NCBI GenBank assembly: GCA_963765765.1
Contig: CAVXYC010000015.1
Coordinates: 544,001-608,000, forward strand
DNA: 64,000 nt
Direction: 5' to 3'
Source of the DNA: an uncultured Chloroflexia bacterium
GTDB taxonomy: Bacteria; Chloroflexota; UBA6077; JACCZL01
Position numbers and translations under genes: made by a program. Below, piece after piece: positions 53,181-63,158 of the stretch (within the stretch, counting starts at the first letter, position 1; every line of letters starts with the position of its first letter). A model generated the notes under the pieces. It searched no databases, was not told where the DNA came from, and saw only the letters and a program-made list of their open reading frames with translations.

Positions 53181-54531
53181 ATGACACAACTGACATCCGG
53201 ACTCGGGCGTAGAGCTATCTGGCCGGTAACCTTGCTGGTCGCGGTCCTTGTCGCCTGCGCGCCCGCCGCACCGGCTGCACCGACTTCGGCACCCGCTAAG
53301 CCTACCGAGGCCGCGGCGAAACCGGCCGGATCACCAGCGGCTGCCGCTTCACCTGGCGCGGCTGCCTGCGGCATCACCGGCGGCTGCCGTTTCCCCCGCG
53401 GCTGCTGCGCCCGCCGCCCCGGCTGCTGCCAAGCCCACCGGGCCGGCCATCAAGGTCGGCAGCGTTCTTTCCACATCCGGACCCCCAGCCTACCTCGGCG
53501 ACAAAATGAAGAAGGGCGTGGAGCTGGCGATTGAAGAGATCAACAATGCTGGCGGCATCAACGGACGCCCCCTAGAGCCCACCTTTTACGACCCAGCGGG
53601 CGATTCTGCCGCGGCCGTTCAGCAGACCCGCCGGCTTCTTGAGCAGGACCGGGTTGACGTCATTGTTGGTGGCGGTAGCGCGAGCGGTATTGCTCTAGCG
53701 ATGGTTCCGCTGACCCAGGAAGCCGGCGTGCTGTTTATGTCCACCGAGGGCGCTCGGCAGATTACCGAGCCAGTGGATGAGCGCAAGCTCGTCTTCAAGG
53801 CGACACTCAACGACACCGAGGTGGTCAATCGTACGCTCGCATTCTGGAAGAAGAAGAACATCACGACGATCGGATTTCTACCGGATACATCAGGGTTTGG
53901 CCAATCAGCGGATGAAGTGATGAAGGAAGTCGCGCCGAAAGCGGGCATTCGGGCGGTGGTCGAGACGTTCGACCCCGGTGTCCAGGACATGACGCCGCAG
54001 CTCACTCGCATCGCGTCCCAGAATCCCGGCGCCGTTCTGGCCTGGACAGCCACGCCAGCCGGCGTCGTCTTCCTCAAGAACGCCGAACAGCTTGGGCTCA
54101 ATCAACGAGCCCTCATTCAGCACGGGTTCGGATTTGTCGATGACCGCTTTATGAGACAGGCTGGCACGGCGGCCAACGGATCGCTGCTCTCCTCACAGAA
54201 GGTGCCAGTGGTAGATCAGCTTCCTGACGCGGACCCGGCCAAGCGACGCATCACCCAGTTCTCCCAGGCGTATCGAGCTAAGTTCAATGAGGATCCCAAT
54301 ATCTACGCCGGCCAGACGTACGATGGCATCTACCTCGTTGCCGAGGCGCTCAGGAAGGCGAACAGCACGAAGGGAACCGATGTCGCCGCGGAGCTGGAGA
54401 AGATCACGGCCTTCAATGGCGCGACGGGCATCTTCAACTTCGGTCCGAATCGACATAACGGACTTGCCGAGAAGGACGTCGTCATCATCAAGTGGGATGG
54501 CGAGCGGTTCGTCCTCGAAGACTACGAGTAA
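53181..54531 (+). CDS. livK: Branched-chain amino acid (Liv) family ABC substrate-binding lipoprotein (frameshift near 53365)
   Basis: Lipobox LVAC, Ala/Pro linker, IKVGSVLSTSGP, EINNAGGINGRPLE, YDG, GATGIFNF. Confidence 0.85.
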
Positions 54532-54625
54532 CTGCGGACGCAGCTCCTGCAACCGATAACACGGCGGCCGCCAGCTCCGGCCGGTATTATCTCCCCATGT
54601 TGACTGGGGCTGGCGACCCGCGTTC

Positions 54626-55501
54626 ATGAGCGACCTCCTGCAGTTTGCGTTCGCGGGCCTCACAATCGGGTCAAGCTACGCGCTGGTTGCCCTCGGTTTC
54701 AGCATCGTGTATCGCGGGACCGGTGCGATCAACTTCGTGCAGGGCGAGTTTGTGATGGCTGCCGGCGTGCTCGCTGGCGTCGTTCATGAGTCGTTCAGTC
54801 CGCCGCTGCCACTCACGATTGTGGTGACGCTTACCCTGCTGATCGCGCTGGGAGTGCTCACCGAGGCCGTCAGCATGCGCCTCGTACGAGCGCGAAGCGC
54901 CGAGGCTCTGACCATCACCACGATCGGCCTTGCCGTGGTGCTCAAGGCTGCAGCGATGATGGCGACCGGCAAGCGCACGTTCTCGCTGCCGGCGTTTAGC
55001 GGTTCGGAGCCTATCCGCGTTGGAGCGGCCGCTCTCCTGCCACAGACCCTGTGGAATGTAGGACTAGTGGCATTGGCGGCCGTGCTGTTCACGCTGTTTT
55101 TTCGCTATACGCGTCGCGGCGTGCTGCTGCGCGCGGCCGCTGACGACGGCGAGGCCGCCTCGATGATGGGGGTGTCATTGCGCGAGACGACTACCTGGAC
55201 CTTCGCGCTCGCCGCGATACTCGGCGGGGTAGCCGGACTCATCCTCACCCCAGTGACGCTGATGTCGTTCGATTCCGGAACACTTCTCGGACTGAAAGGC
55301 TTCGCCGCGGCCATGCTGGGAGGAATTGGAAGCATGTACGGCGCCCTGGCGGGTGGATTGCTCCTTGGTCTAGCGGAAGCGATGACCGCGGGGTACGTCT
55401 CTAGTCAGTGGGCCGATGTGATGAGCTTCATCGTCCTACTGATCATTCTCTTCGTGCGGCCCACCGGAATCCTGGGCTTGCGCGGGGCTCGGCGAGTCTA
55501 G
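54626..55501 (+). CDS. livH: Liv-type ABC permease
   Basis: GSSYALVALGF, INFVQGE, GLKGFAAAMLGGIGS. Confidence 0.9.
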   Translation: MSDLLQFAFAGLTIGSSYALVALGFSIVYRGTGAINFVQGEFVMAAGVLAGVVHESFSPPLPLTIVVTLTLLIALGVLTEAVSMRLVRARSAEALTITTIGLAVVLKAAAMMATGKRTFSLPAFSGSEPIRVGAAALLPQTLWNVGLVALAAVLFTLFFRYTRRGVLLRAAADDGEAASMMGVSLRETTTWTFALAAILGGVAGLILTPVTLMSFDSGTLLGLKGFAAAMLGGIGSMYGALAGGLLLGLAEAMTAGYVSSQWADVMSFIVLLIILFVRPTGILGLRGARRV

Positions 55502-55502
55502 C

Positions 55503-56555
55503 ATGGCTCAGACTGCAACGAGCCCGGTTATTCGCGAGCGGCCCGCCTCACTGACGAGCCGCCTGGCCGGGGCGTTGAGCGGAGATTGGTGGGCTCTGGG
55601 TGTATTCGCACTCGTTCTCGCGATAGCGCCTCTCGTGCAGGGTACGTCCTACTATCACGGGATTCTGGTCACGTTCACGATCAACCTCATCCTACTGATC
55701 GGCCTGAATCTGATTGCCGGCTACGCCAATCAGCTTTCACTCGGTCATGCGGGCTTTTACGGACTCGGCGCCTACACTGCCGGCATCGTCTCAGTAAAAT
55801 TGGGCTGGCCCCCGATTCTCGGACTGCTTCTGGCACCACTCGTCGTAGCGGCGGTCTCGTTGCTCGTGGGCCTGCCAACGCTGCGCCTACGAGGTCTCTA
55901 TTTCTCAATGGCGACACTCGGGCTCGGAACAGTGCTCTTTCTAGGATTTGGTCGCGCGGTTCCGTTAACCGGCGGGCCTAACGGTCTGCTCGGCGTCCCA
56001 CGATTCAGTATTGGGGAATTTCCACTCATTGGCCCTCTCCCCTGGTATTGCTTCGGCGCGATCATCGCCTTTCTCGGGCTGGCCGCGACGCGTAATCTAC
56101 TCCGCTCGCGAGTTGGTCGGGGGCTACGAGGCCTGGGATTCTCGGAAGCGGCTGCCGCGGCAGTCGGCGTTGACGCGTTTCGCTCCAAGCTGGTCATCTT
56201 CACTGTTACCGCCGGGTACGCGGGAATCGCTGGCGCCATTCAGGTGTTCCAGGCGCGGTTCGTGAGCCCGGAGCCCTTCAATTTTTTCACCACCGTGATC
56301 CTCGTCGTGATGATGGTGCTCTCCGGAGCCGGAACCGTCTGGGGCCCAGTCGTCGGTGCGCTTATGTTGACCGGCCTGGATGAGGTCCTGACCGGCTACC
56401 AGGATCTGAAGCCGCTTGTGCTTGGGGTGGTGTTCCTCGTGGTGCTCCGGCTGTTCCCTCGCGGCATTGTTGGCGGGATCGAGCATGCGCTGGCCGTTCG
56501 CCGTGACCACGCGGCTGAGCGGGCGCGGGAGTCCGGCGTCGCGGAAGGTCGGTAG
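55503..56555 (+). CDS. livM: Liv-type ABC permease
   Basis: LSLGHAGFYGLGAY, LRLRGLYF, TGGPNG, GAGTVWGPVVGA. Confidence 0.9.
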   Translation: MAQTATSPVIRERPASLTSRLAGALSGDWWALGVFALVLAIAPLVQGTSYYHGILVTFTINLILLIGLNLIAGYANQLSLGHAGFYGLGAYTAGIVSVKLGWPPILGLLLAPLVVAAVSLLVGLPTLRLRGLYFSMATLGLGTVLFLGFGRAVPLTGGPNGLLGVPRFSIGEFPLIGPLPWYCFGAIIAFLGLAATRNLLRSRVGRGLRGLGFSEAAAAAVGVDAFRSKLVIFTVTAGYAGIAGAIQVFQARFVSPEPFNFFTTVILVVMMVLSGAGTVWGPVVGALMLTGLDEVLTGYQDLKPLVLGVVFLVVLRLFPRGIVGGIEHALAVRRDHAAERARESGVAEGR

Positions 56556-57337
56556 TGAGGAGGCAGAGTCTCGAGATCCGCGAGATCAGCAAGTCATTCG
56601 GTGGCGTTCGGGCGCTCCACAAAGTGAGCTTCATCGCCAAGCCAGGCCATGTCAACGCGCTCATCGGCCCGAATGGCGCCGGCAAGAGCACACTTGCCAA
56701 CGTCATCTCCGGTTTCACCCGGGCCGATAGTGGCGTGGTGCTCGTAGGTGACCGAGCCGTCACCGGTCTGCCGGCTCATAAGCGTGCCGAGCACGGGATT
56801 GGCCGCACGTTTCAGAACCTGGAGCTATTTGCCGGGCTGAGTGTGCTCGAGAACCTGATGCTCGGGGCCTATTCCCGTGGCCGGGCCGGGTTCGCGTCCG
56901 CGTTCCTCCGCCTGCCCTCGGTCCAGCGCGAGGACGCGGCGGCGCGAGAGATGAGTCTACGTGTGCTCGACTCGATCGGCCTCGGCGGTCTGGCCGCACG
57001 CCCCGTGGACTCACTGTCGTATGGACAGGCAAAGCTGGTTGAGCTCGGACGGGCGCTGGTAGGCGAGCCCGCGGTGCTCCTCCTCGACGAGCCCGCCGCC
57101 GGGCTCACTCCGGCGGAATCCCATGATGTCGGCCAGCGCATTGCGCGGCTGGCGGAGGGCGGCGTGACCGTGCTGTTGATCGAGCACAACATGCGTCTGG
57201 TAATGGGGATCTCGCACTGGATTACGGTCTTGGATGAGGGACAGGTCATTGCGGCCGGCCCGCCGGCTGAGATTCAGTCCAATGAGCGCGTCATTGAGGC
57301 GTACCTCGGCCGACAGAGTGCCGATAGCGCCGCATGA
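56555..57337 (+). CDS. livG: Liv-type ABC ATPase
   Basis: GPNGAGKS, RTFQN, LSYG, LLDEPAAG, IEHNM, AYLG. Confidence 0.92.
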   Translation: MRRQSLEIREISKSFGGVRALHKVSFIAKPGHVNALIGPNGAGKSTLANVISGFTRADSGVVLVGDRAVTGLPAHKRAEHGIGRTFQNLELFAGLSVLENLMLGAYSRGRAGFASAFLRLPSVQREDAAAREMSLRVLDSIGLGGLAARPVDSLSYGQAKLVELGRALVGEPAVLLLDEPAAGLTPAESHDVGQRIARLAEGGVTVLLIEHNMRLVMGISHWITVLDEGQVIAAGPPAEIQSNERVIEAYLGRQSADSAA

Positions 57338-58050
57338 GCCAGGCTGAGCTGGTTATCCAAGAACTGAAAATCGGCTACGGGCGCATTGAAGTAGTCCACG
57401 GATTGTCCCTGCGGGCTGCACCGGGCCGGGTCACCTCCCTGATCGGCCCCAATGGAGCCGGCAAGACCACCACCATTGCAAGCATCCTCGGGCTTGTTCC
57501 AGCCTGGTCTGGCGCAATTACCCTTGACGGCAGAGACCTGGTGCGCTTGCCAACGCATGAGCGAATTCGCCGTGGCATTGGGGTCGTGCCGCAGGGCCGA
57601 CGGATCTTTCCGACGCTGTCTGTGATTGAGAACCTCCGCATAGGTGCGAGCAGCCGTCGCGGTGGTTGGAACGACGAAGGAGCCATCGATCGCGTCCTCG
57701 AGACGTTCCCCGCGCTCGCACGAATGCGCGAGCGCCTGGGCGGCAGCCTCTCCGGTGGGGAGCAGCAGATGTTGGCCCTTGGGCGCGCCTTGATGGCCGA
57801 ACCCAGATTGCTGTTACTCGACGAGCCATCAATGGGTCTCTCCCCGCGCATGGTCGAGGTGATCTACGAAGCGCTCGCCGGCCTCCGTGATCGGGGAATG
57901 ACCATGCTTCTGGCCGAGCAGAACGCCCGCTCCGCCCTGGCGCTCAGCGATGATGCCTACGTCCTGGAGTCCGGTCGCGTTGAGGAAAACGGCCTCTCCG
58001 CTGAACTGCGCTCATCACCGCGAGTGCAGGAGATCTACTTCGGAGCGTAG
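57334..58050 (+). CDS. livF: Liv-type ABC ATPase
   Basis: GPNGAGKT, LSGGEQQM, LDEPSMGL, EQN. Confidence 0.92.
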   Translation: MSQAELVIQELKIGYGRIEVVHGLSLRAAPGRVTSLIGPNGAGKTTTIASILGLVPAWSGAITLDGRDLVRLPTHERIRRGIGVVPQGRRIFPTLSVIENLRIGASSRRGGWNDEGAIDRVLETFPALARMRERLGGSLSGGEQQMLALGRALMAEPRLLLLDEPSMGLSPRMVEVIYEALAGLRDRGMTMLLAEQNARSALALSDDAYVLESGRVEENGLSAELRSSPRVQEIYFGA

Positions 58051-58280
58051 GCGAACGACCGCGCGAGGGTAGGTCACCGGTCGTGTGATGCTCCTCGAGC
58101 TCGGCCACTGGTGGACCACATCGACCTCAGCGAAAATCGGCCAGAGGCGCAATTCCGTCCACCAGGCTACGTCGGATGGGTCCGAAGGGCCGACGAGGAC
58201 CCGTGAGACGAGAGTACCGTGTGCCAAATGCGCCGCGCAGTCATACGCGTGGCGATACCCAAAGCCGATGAGGGAGCGAC

Positions 58281-58709
58281 ATGGTGGACGAGCCAGGGGC
58301 GTGCTCTGAATGCGGTGCGCCAAGGGTAATGGGCCTGAGCTGCTGGGAGCAGCTCGGAGCCCTCATCGCGTGGGAGGGCAGTGATCCCGAGCTGCTCGCC
58401 GAACACTTCCTCACCGTCACTTGCTACAACCTTCAGCACCCGGCCCAGTTTACCGATGCGGCCCTGGCCAACCTGCGCGCCGCCATGATGGACCGGTTGG
58501 ACAAAGGGGTCGCCGTTGAAGAGCTGCGGCGCCGTGCGGCACGCCGCTTCGAGGGCAAAACGCGCGTCCTGAAACCTGCGTCCGAGCGACGTCCCGTCTT
58601 GCGCGAGTGGGGTATGACGATCGCGGACGTGTACACCCCCGAGCATCCGGACGGCGCTGCCGACAGGGTCAGAGCGTGGGCCGCCACTATTCGTCGGGAG
58701 CTGGGTTGA
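58281..58709 (+). CDS. DUF5946-like protein
   Basis: CSECGA..CWE, HFLTVTCYNLQHP, TIADV...VRAWA. Confidence 0.6.
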   Translation: MVDEPGACSECGAPRVMGLSCWEQLGALIAWEGSDPELLAEHFLTVTCYNLQHPAQFTDAALANLRAAMMDRLDKGVAVEELRRRAARRFEGKTRVLKPASERRPVLREWGMTIADVYTPEHPDGAADRVRAWAATIRRELG

Positions 58710-59111
58710 CCGCAAAGGTCTCAGATCAGCGGCAGCCACGCACGACCACGCCCATCCCACGACCGTATGATGCTCTAATTCGGGCCACCTGACATCATCC
58801 ACCCCGCCTTTGGGCTAGTAGTCCGGACGGCGCGCTTCCGCCCGTTGGCCTGGGACTTCGACCGGCCGCCGAAGACGATGATCAGGCTACATGACGTAGC
58901 GTTTGCCTGTCGTGCTGCGCACGCCGGTCTCCACCTACGTGCAGCCTTCACGACAAACTCTAGAGACTCAGAATGACATTGCGCTCGCGGAACACTTGAT
59001 CCCGTAGGGATGGTGGATCGCCGTGTGCCGCCTGTTGTCCACGATCTACCGTCCAATCTGGCGCCCGGTCCGCTCCGTCCGTCACCATTGCACTACGAAG
59101 CAGGAGGAACC

Positions 59112-59902
59112 ATGACGTTCAGTATTACCCCGATCATCATTGCCCGTGGTCCACACCGGGAGTGCAGCCGCTTTACGTACCTGAACAACTTTGGCGAGAA
59201 GGTAACGATCCCCTACGTTGCCTGGCTGATCCGTGGCAAGGATATGAACGTGCTGGCGGACACCGGCTGCACTGCCGAGCAGTACGCCAAACACATCCGC
59301 CCGATCGAGCGGCCAGCTCATGGTCGCCGGCGAAGCGTTCGCCGACGTCGAGGACGTTACGCCGCTCGATGAGGGGCTGAAGGCCAAGCGGCCTCACTCG
59401 TGACGACATCGACGTGCTCATTCAGACCCATCTTGATTGGGACCACTGTATGAACACTTCCGGCTTCAAGCGCTCCAAAGTCCTCATCCAGAAGACCGAG
59501 ATCGAGGATCTGCCGGTCCACCCGCTCTACGAGAAGACCCACGCCCCGGACTACATCTACGACGATATAAAGTCGCTCGACCTGCAGATCGTCGACGGGG
59601 ATCATGAGGTCGCGCCCGGACTCACCGCCCTCTACACGCCCGGGCACACCGCCGGCGGCATGTCAGTAGCGGTGGACACGAAGTCCGGCACACATGTCAT
59701 CACCGGTCTGTGCACGGTCAAGGCGAACTACTATCTGACCGACGAACAGAAGGAGCAGCTCGGTTACGAGGTCATCCCGCCGGGAATGCACCTGGATGCG
59801 CGCACGGCGTATGACAGCACGTTGCGGATTCTTCGCGTTGGTGGTGAGCACGTCCTGGCCAACCACGACCCATCGAACTTCAACCTGGTGACGATCGAGT
59901 AA
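59112..59902 (+). CDS. Metallo-beta-lactamase-fold hydrolase, N-acyl homoserine lactonase-like (frameshifted)
   Basis: AGGAGG plus ATG, AWLI..VLADTG, QTHLDWDH, TPGHTAG, ANHD. Confidence 0.8.
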
Positions 59903-59919
59903 CTCGACACATCCGGGTT

Positions 59920-62322
59920 TTATCTCACCGCGGGAGCACCCGGGCCAGCTTCACGAAGCTCCGTGAAGGGGGCAGAGTGCTCCCGCGTACTCTTTGCCAG
60001 ATTCCGGACTCGCTCGGGGGTCAGCGGCAGGCGCACGTCATCAGTCACCGGCAGTCCCAGCGCGTTCAGGACCGCGTTGGCTACCGCGGCTGGTGTTGCC
60101 AGGAGCCCGGATTCCCCCATGCCTTTGACGCCGCCCACGGTGAAGGGCGACGGCGACTCCAGGTGCTGGATGGACAGGTCCGTCATTTCGGTTGCTCCGG
60201 GCAGCAAGTAATCCATCATGCTGGCCGTGAGAAGCTGGCCTTCGTCGTCATAGATGATGTCTTCAAAGAGGGCGCCGCCAACCCCCTGGGCCACGGCGCC
60301 CTGGATCTGCCCCTCGACGATACTCGGATTGAGCACGGTGCCACAGTCTTCAGCCGCGCCGAGCTGAAGCAGCTGAACAAGCCCCGTCTCGGGATCCACC
60401 TCGCATTGCACCGCGATGCAGCCATTTGAATAGGTCGCCTTCGGATCGTAGAACGCCGTGGCACTCAGCATCGGCTCGGGATCGACCGCTCGAACCGCCG
60501 GCGAGAAGTACGCCGCTTCGGCGACCTGCATGAGCGTCACGCGTTGATCGGGCGCGCCCCGCACGTGGAACGCGGAGTCTTCCAGGACGACGTCATCCAC
60601 GCCCGCTTCCAGCAGGAACGCGGCAATGCGAACGAGCTTCTCGCGAACCTGCTGAGCGGCCCTGGTCAGCGCCCCGCCCGATACGACGGCGGTCCGACTC
60701 GCCCGAGCGCCAATGCCAAAGGGGGTTTGAGAGGTGTCACCCAGCAATACGGTGACGTTGCTGGGCTCGATGTCGAACACGTCCGCCACCACCTGCGCCA
60801 GGACCGTCTCGTGGCCCTGGCCCTGTGACGCCGTGCCGACCGCCGCGGTGACGTTGCCCGAAGGATCAACCGTCACACTGGCCAGGTCATGCGAGGCAAA
60901 CGGCCAGTTCGCCTGCGCGCCGCCCTCAGAGCCCCACCCGCCCGGCTCCACATAGGGGCTGAAGCCTACTCCGACGAGGCGTCCGTCTGCCTGCGTGCTC
61001 GTCGAGCCAATGGTCTCCACTGCCGCGTTCAGCGACTCGAGGTAGCTGCCGCTGTCGTACACCATGCCGGTGCAGGATCTGTAGGGGAATTCGTCCGACC
61101 GAATCATGTTCTTGCGGCGCAGCTCGATCGGGTCCAGCCCGAGGTCGTGCGCGACCCGGTCGAGCAAAAGCTCCCGAGCAACCTGCCCGGCCGTCCAGCC
61201 AACCCCGCGATACGGGCTGATCGGCGCCTTGTTCGTCAGCACCGCGACCACTTCATGCCGCACATCCTGAACGCGATACACGCCGGGCGTGAGCTGGGCC
61301 GCCAGATACGGCTCCACCAGCGCGCTGGCGCTGTTGAATGAGTACGCCCCAACGTCGCCGACATAGCGCGCCTTGAACGCGAGCAATGTTCCATCGGAGC
61401 GCGCGGCTACCTCGAGCGTGATGGTCTGCTCCTTCGCGTGGGTTCCAGCAACGAGGTTCTCGCGTCGATCTTCCAGCCAGCGCACCGGTCGGCCGAGCCG
61501 AATCGAGGCCGCCGCGATGACACCTTCTTCAGGGTGCATCGGTATCTTCTGACCGAATCCGCCGCCAACGGCGGGCGCAATGACTCGCACGCGATGCTCG
61601 GGGATGTCCAGCGTTCGAGCGAGACGATTTCGCAGCAGATGCGGGCATTGTGTTGACGACCACATCGTCAGGTCACCTGCCAGCGAGTCGTATGAGGCCA
61701 GGCATCCGCGTGGCTCCATCGGCATGGCCGCGAAGCGGTTGCCTCGATACGTCCAGGAAGCGGTGTAGTCAGCCTCCTCGAATGCCTTATCCGGTTCGCC
61801 TATGGTCGTGACCTGTCGAAAGATCGTGTTGGTGCCCAGGTCATCAAACAGCACGGGCGCCTCAGGTGCGCTAGCGGCATCCGGGTCCACGACCGCGGGT
61901 AGCGGCTCATAGTCCACTTCGACCAGCTCGGCCGCGTCTTCCGCCACGTAGCGGTCCTCGGCCAGCACCACGGCGACCGCTTCACCGGCAAACCTCGCGC
62001 GGTCACCGGCCAGCAGAGGCTGAGGAGTCTTGAGCAGCCCCTCCAGCCGCATTCGGTCGGTAAGCGGGACGCCGCGCACTTCGGCTGCCGTCAACACGAC
62101 CACGACGCCGCTCATGGCCATGGCTGCCGAGGTATCGATCGAGAGGATGCGCGCGTGAGCGTGCGGCGAGCGCACGAACGCGGCATGGAGCAGGTCCGTG
62201 CGTGTGAGATCACCGATGAACGTAGCTCGGCCGGTGAGCAGGCGTGGATCTTCACCGCGCCGAACGCGCGCGCCGATCCAGCGGCCCGCGCCGATCGGCG
62301 CACCGAGATCAGTCTGCGTCAC
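59920..62322 (-). CDS. Xanthine dehydrogenase family molybdopterin-binding subunit (CoxL/CutL-like)
   Basis: RGEDPRLLTG, VRSPHAHA, STQCPH, GGGFGQK, PYRGVG, QGQGHET, GQIQGAVAQG, KGMGE; GTG overlaps the upstream stop (GTGA). Confidence 0.92.
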   Translation of the reverse strand: MTQTDLGAPIGAGRWIGARVRRGEDPRLLTGRATFIGDLTRTDLLHAAFVRSPHAHARILSIDTSAAMAMSGVVVVLTAAEVRGVPLTDRMRLEGLLKTPQPLLAGDRARFAGEAVAVVLAEDRYVAEDAAELVEVDYEPLPAVVDPDAASAPEAPVLFDDLGTNTIFRQVTTIGEPDKAFEEADYTASWTYRGNRFAAMPMEPRGCLASYDSLAGDLTMWSSTQCPHLLRNRLARTLDIPEHRVRVIAPAVGGGFGQKIPMHPEEGVIAAASIRLGRPVRWLEDRRENLVAGTHAKEQTITLEVAARSDGTLLAFKARYVGDVGAYSFNSASALVEPYLAAQLTPGVYRVQDVRHEVVAVLTNKAPISPYRGVGWTAGQVARELLLDRVAHDLGLDPIELRRKNMIRSDEFPYRSCTGMVYDSGSYLESLNAAVETIGSTSTQADGRLVGVGFSPYVEPGGWGSEGGAQANWPFASHDLASVTVDPSGNVTAAVGTASQGQGHETVLAQVVADVFDIEPSNVTVLLGDTSQTPFGIGARASRTAVVSGGALTRAAQQVREKLVRIAAFLLEAGVDDVVLEDSAFHVRGAPDQRVTLMQVAEAAYFSPAVRAVDPEPMLSATAFYDPKATYSNGCIAVQCEVDPETGLVQLLQLGAAEDCGTVLNPSIVEGQIQGAVAQGVGGALFEDIIYDDEGQLLTASMMDYLLPGATEMTDLSIQHLESPSPFTVGGVKGMGESGLLATPAAVANAVLNALGLPVTDDVRLPLTPERVRNLAKSTREHSAPFTELREAGPGAPAVR

Positions 62323-63158
62323 GATGCGGCGTGCGACTCTTTGGGTGTGTTGGGGTCCGCGCCCCACTCGGACCAGGAGCCATCGTACAGCACGAGATTG
62401 TCATACCCGGCCAGGGTCAAGCCGATGAAGCTCGCGCTCGCCGATACACCCCCGCCGCAATACAGAACGATGCGCTCGGATGACGCATCAGCGCCTGCCG
62501 CCGCGGCCATCCGGGAAATCTCTTCTGCGTCGCGCCACCGGCCACCGGCATCCAGCAGACCGGGGCCCGGAAATCGGCGCGCTCCCGGAATGTGGAGGCC
62601 GGTTCCGAAGTAGGTGGCATCCATCCGACAATCCAGGAGCCGACCGTTCAGCTCACCCAGATCTCGCAACAGCTCCTCTTTGGTGGTGCGCATCTCCGGT
62701 CGTTGACGTGGCGTGAACCTGGCGCGAGGAGCTGTGGTCGTCGCCTGCTCGATCGGTCTTCCCTCGGCAATCCATCGATTAATGCCGCCATCGAGCACGC
62801 GCACCTGGTCGTGCCCGTAATAACGGAGCGACCACCACACCCGCGCCGCCATCGTCACTTGATTGTCATCGTAAGCAACGACCAGGGTCTGGTCACCGAT
62901 GCCGTTGCGCTCCATGGACTCGCGGAAGATCTCCGGCGGGGCGATCTGCCCTTCCACAGGATCGTCAGGATCAGAGAGGTCGTGGTGCCAATCGAGGTGC
63001 ACCGCGCCCGGAATGTGACCGTTGAGATACTGCTGCCGTCCATCCACGCCGCTGCTCACGCCGGGCAGCGCGAAGCGCGCGTCGACGATGCGTATGTTCG
63101 GATCATTGATATGGTCTGCCAGCCACTCTGTGGACACCAGGATCTCGTCGCGCTGCAT
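62319..63158 (-). CDS. sseA: Two-domain rhodanese / sulfurtransferase (SseA-like)
   Basis: LVSTEWL, GHIPGA, AARVWW, VLDGG, LYCGGGVSA, YDGSWSEW. Confidence 0.88.
   Translation of the reverse strand: MQRDEILVSTEWLADHINDPNIRIVDARFALPGVSSGVDGRQQYLNGHIPGAVHLDWHHDLSDPDDPVEGQIAPPEIFRESMERNGIGDQTLVVAYDDNQVTMAARVWWSLRYYGHDQVRVLDGGINRWIAEGRPIEQATTTAPRARFTPRQRPEMRTTKEELLRDLGELNGRLLDCRMDATYFGTGLHIPGARRFPGPGLLDAGGRWRDAEEISRMAAAAGADASSERIVLYCGGGVSASASFIGLTLAGYDNLVLYDGSWSEWGADPNTPKESHAAS

Noticed and set aside
59920-62322. Form I aerobic CO dehydrogenase coxL
   Set aside because: Loop is PYRGVG, not AYxCSFR; no coxM/coxS/coxDEF nearby
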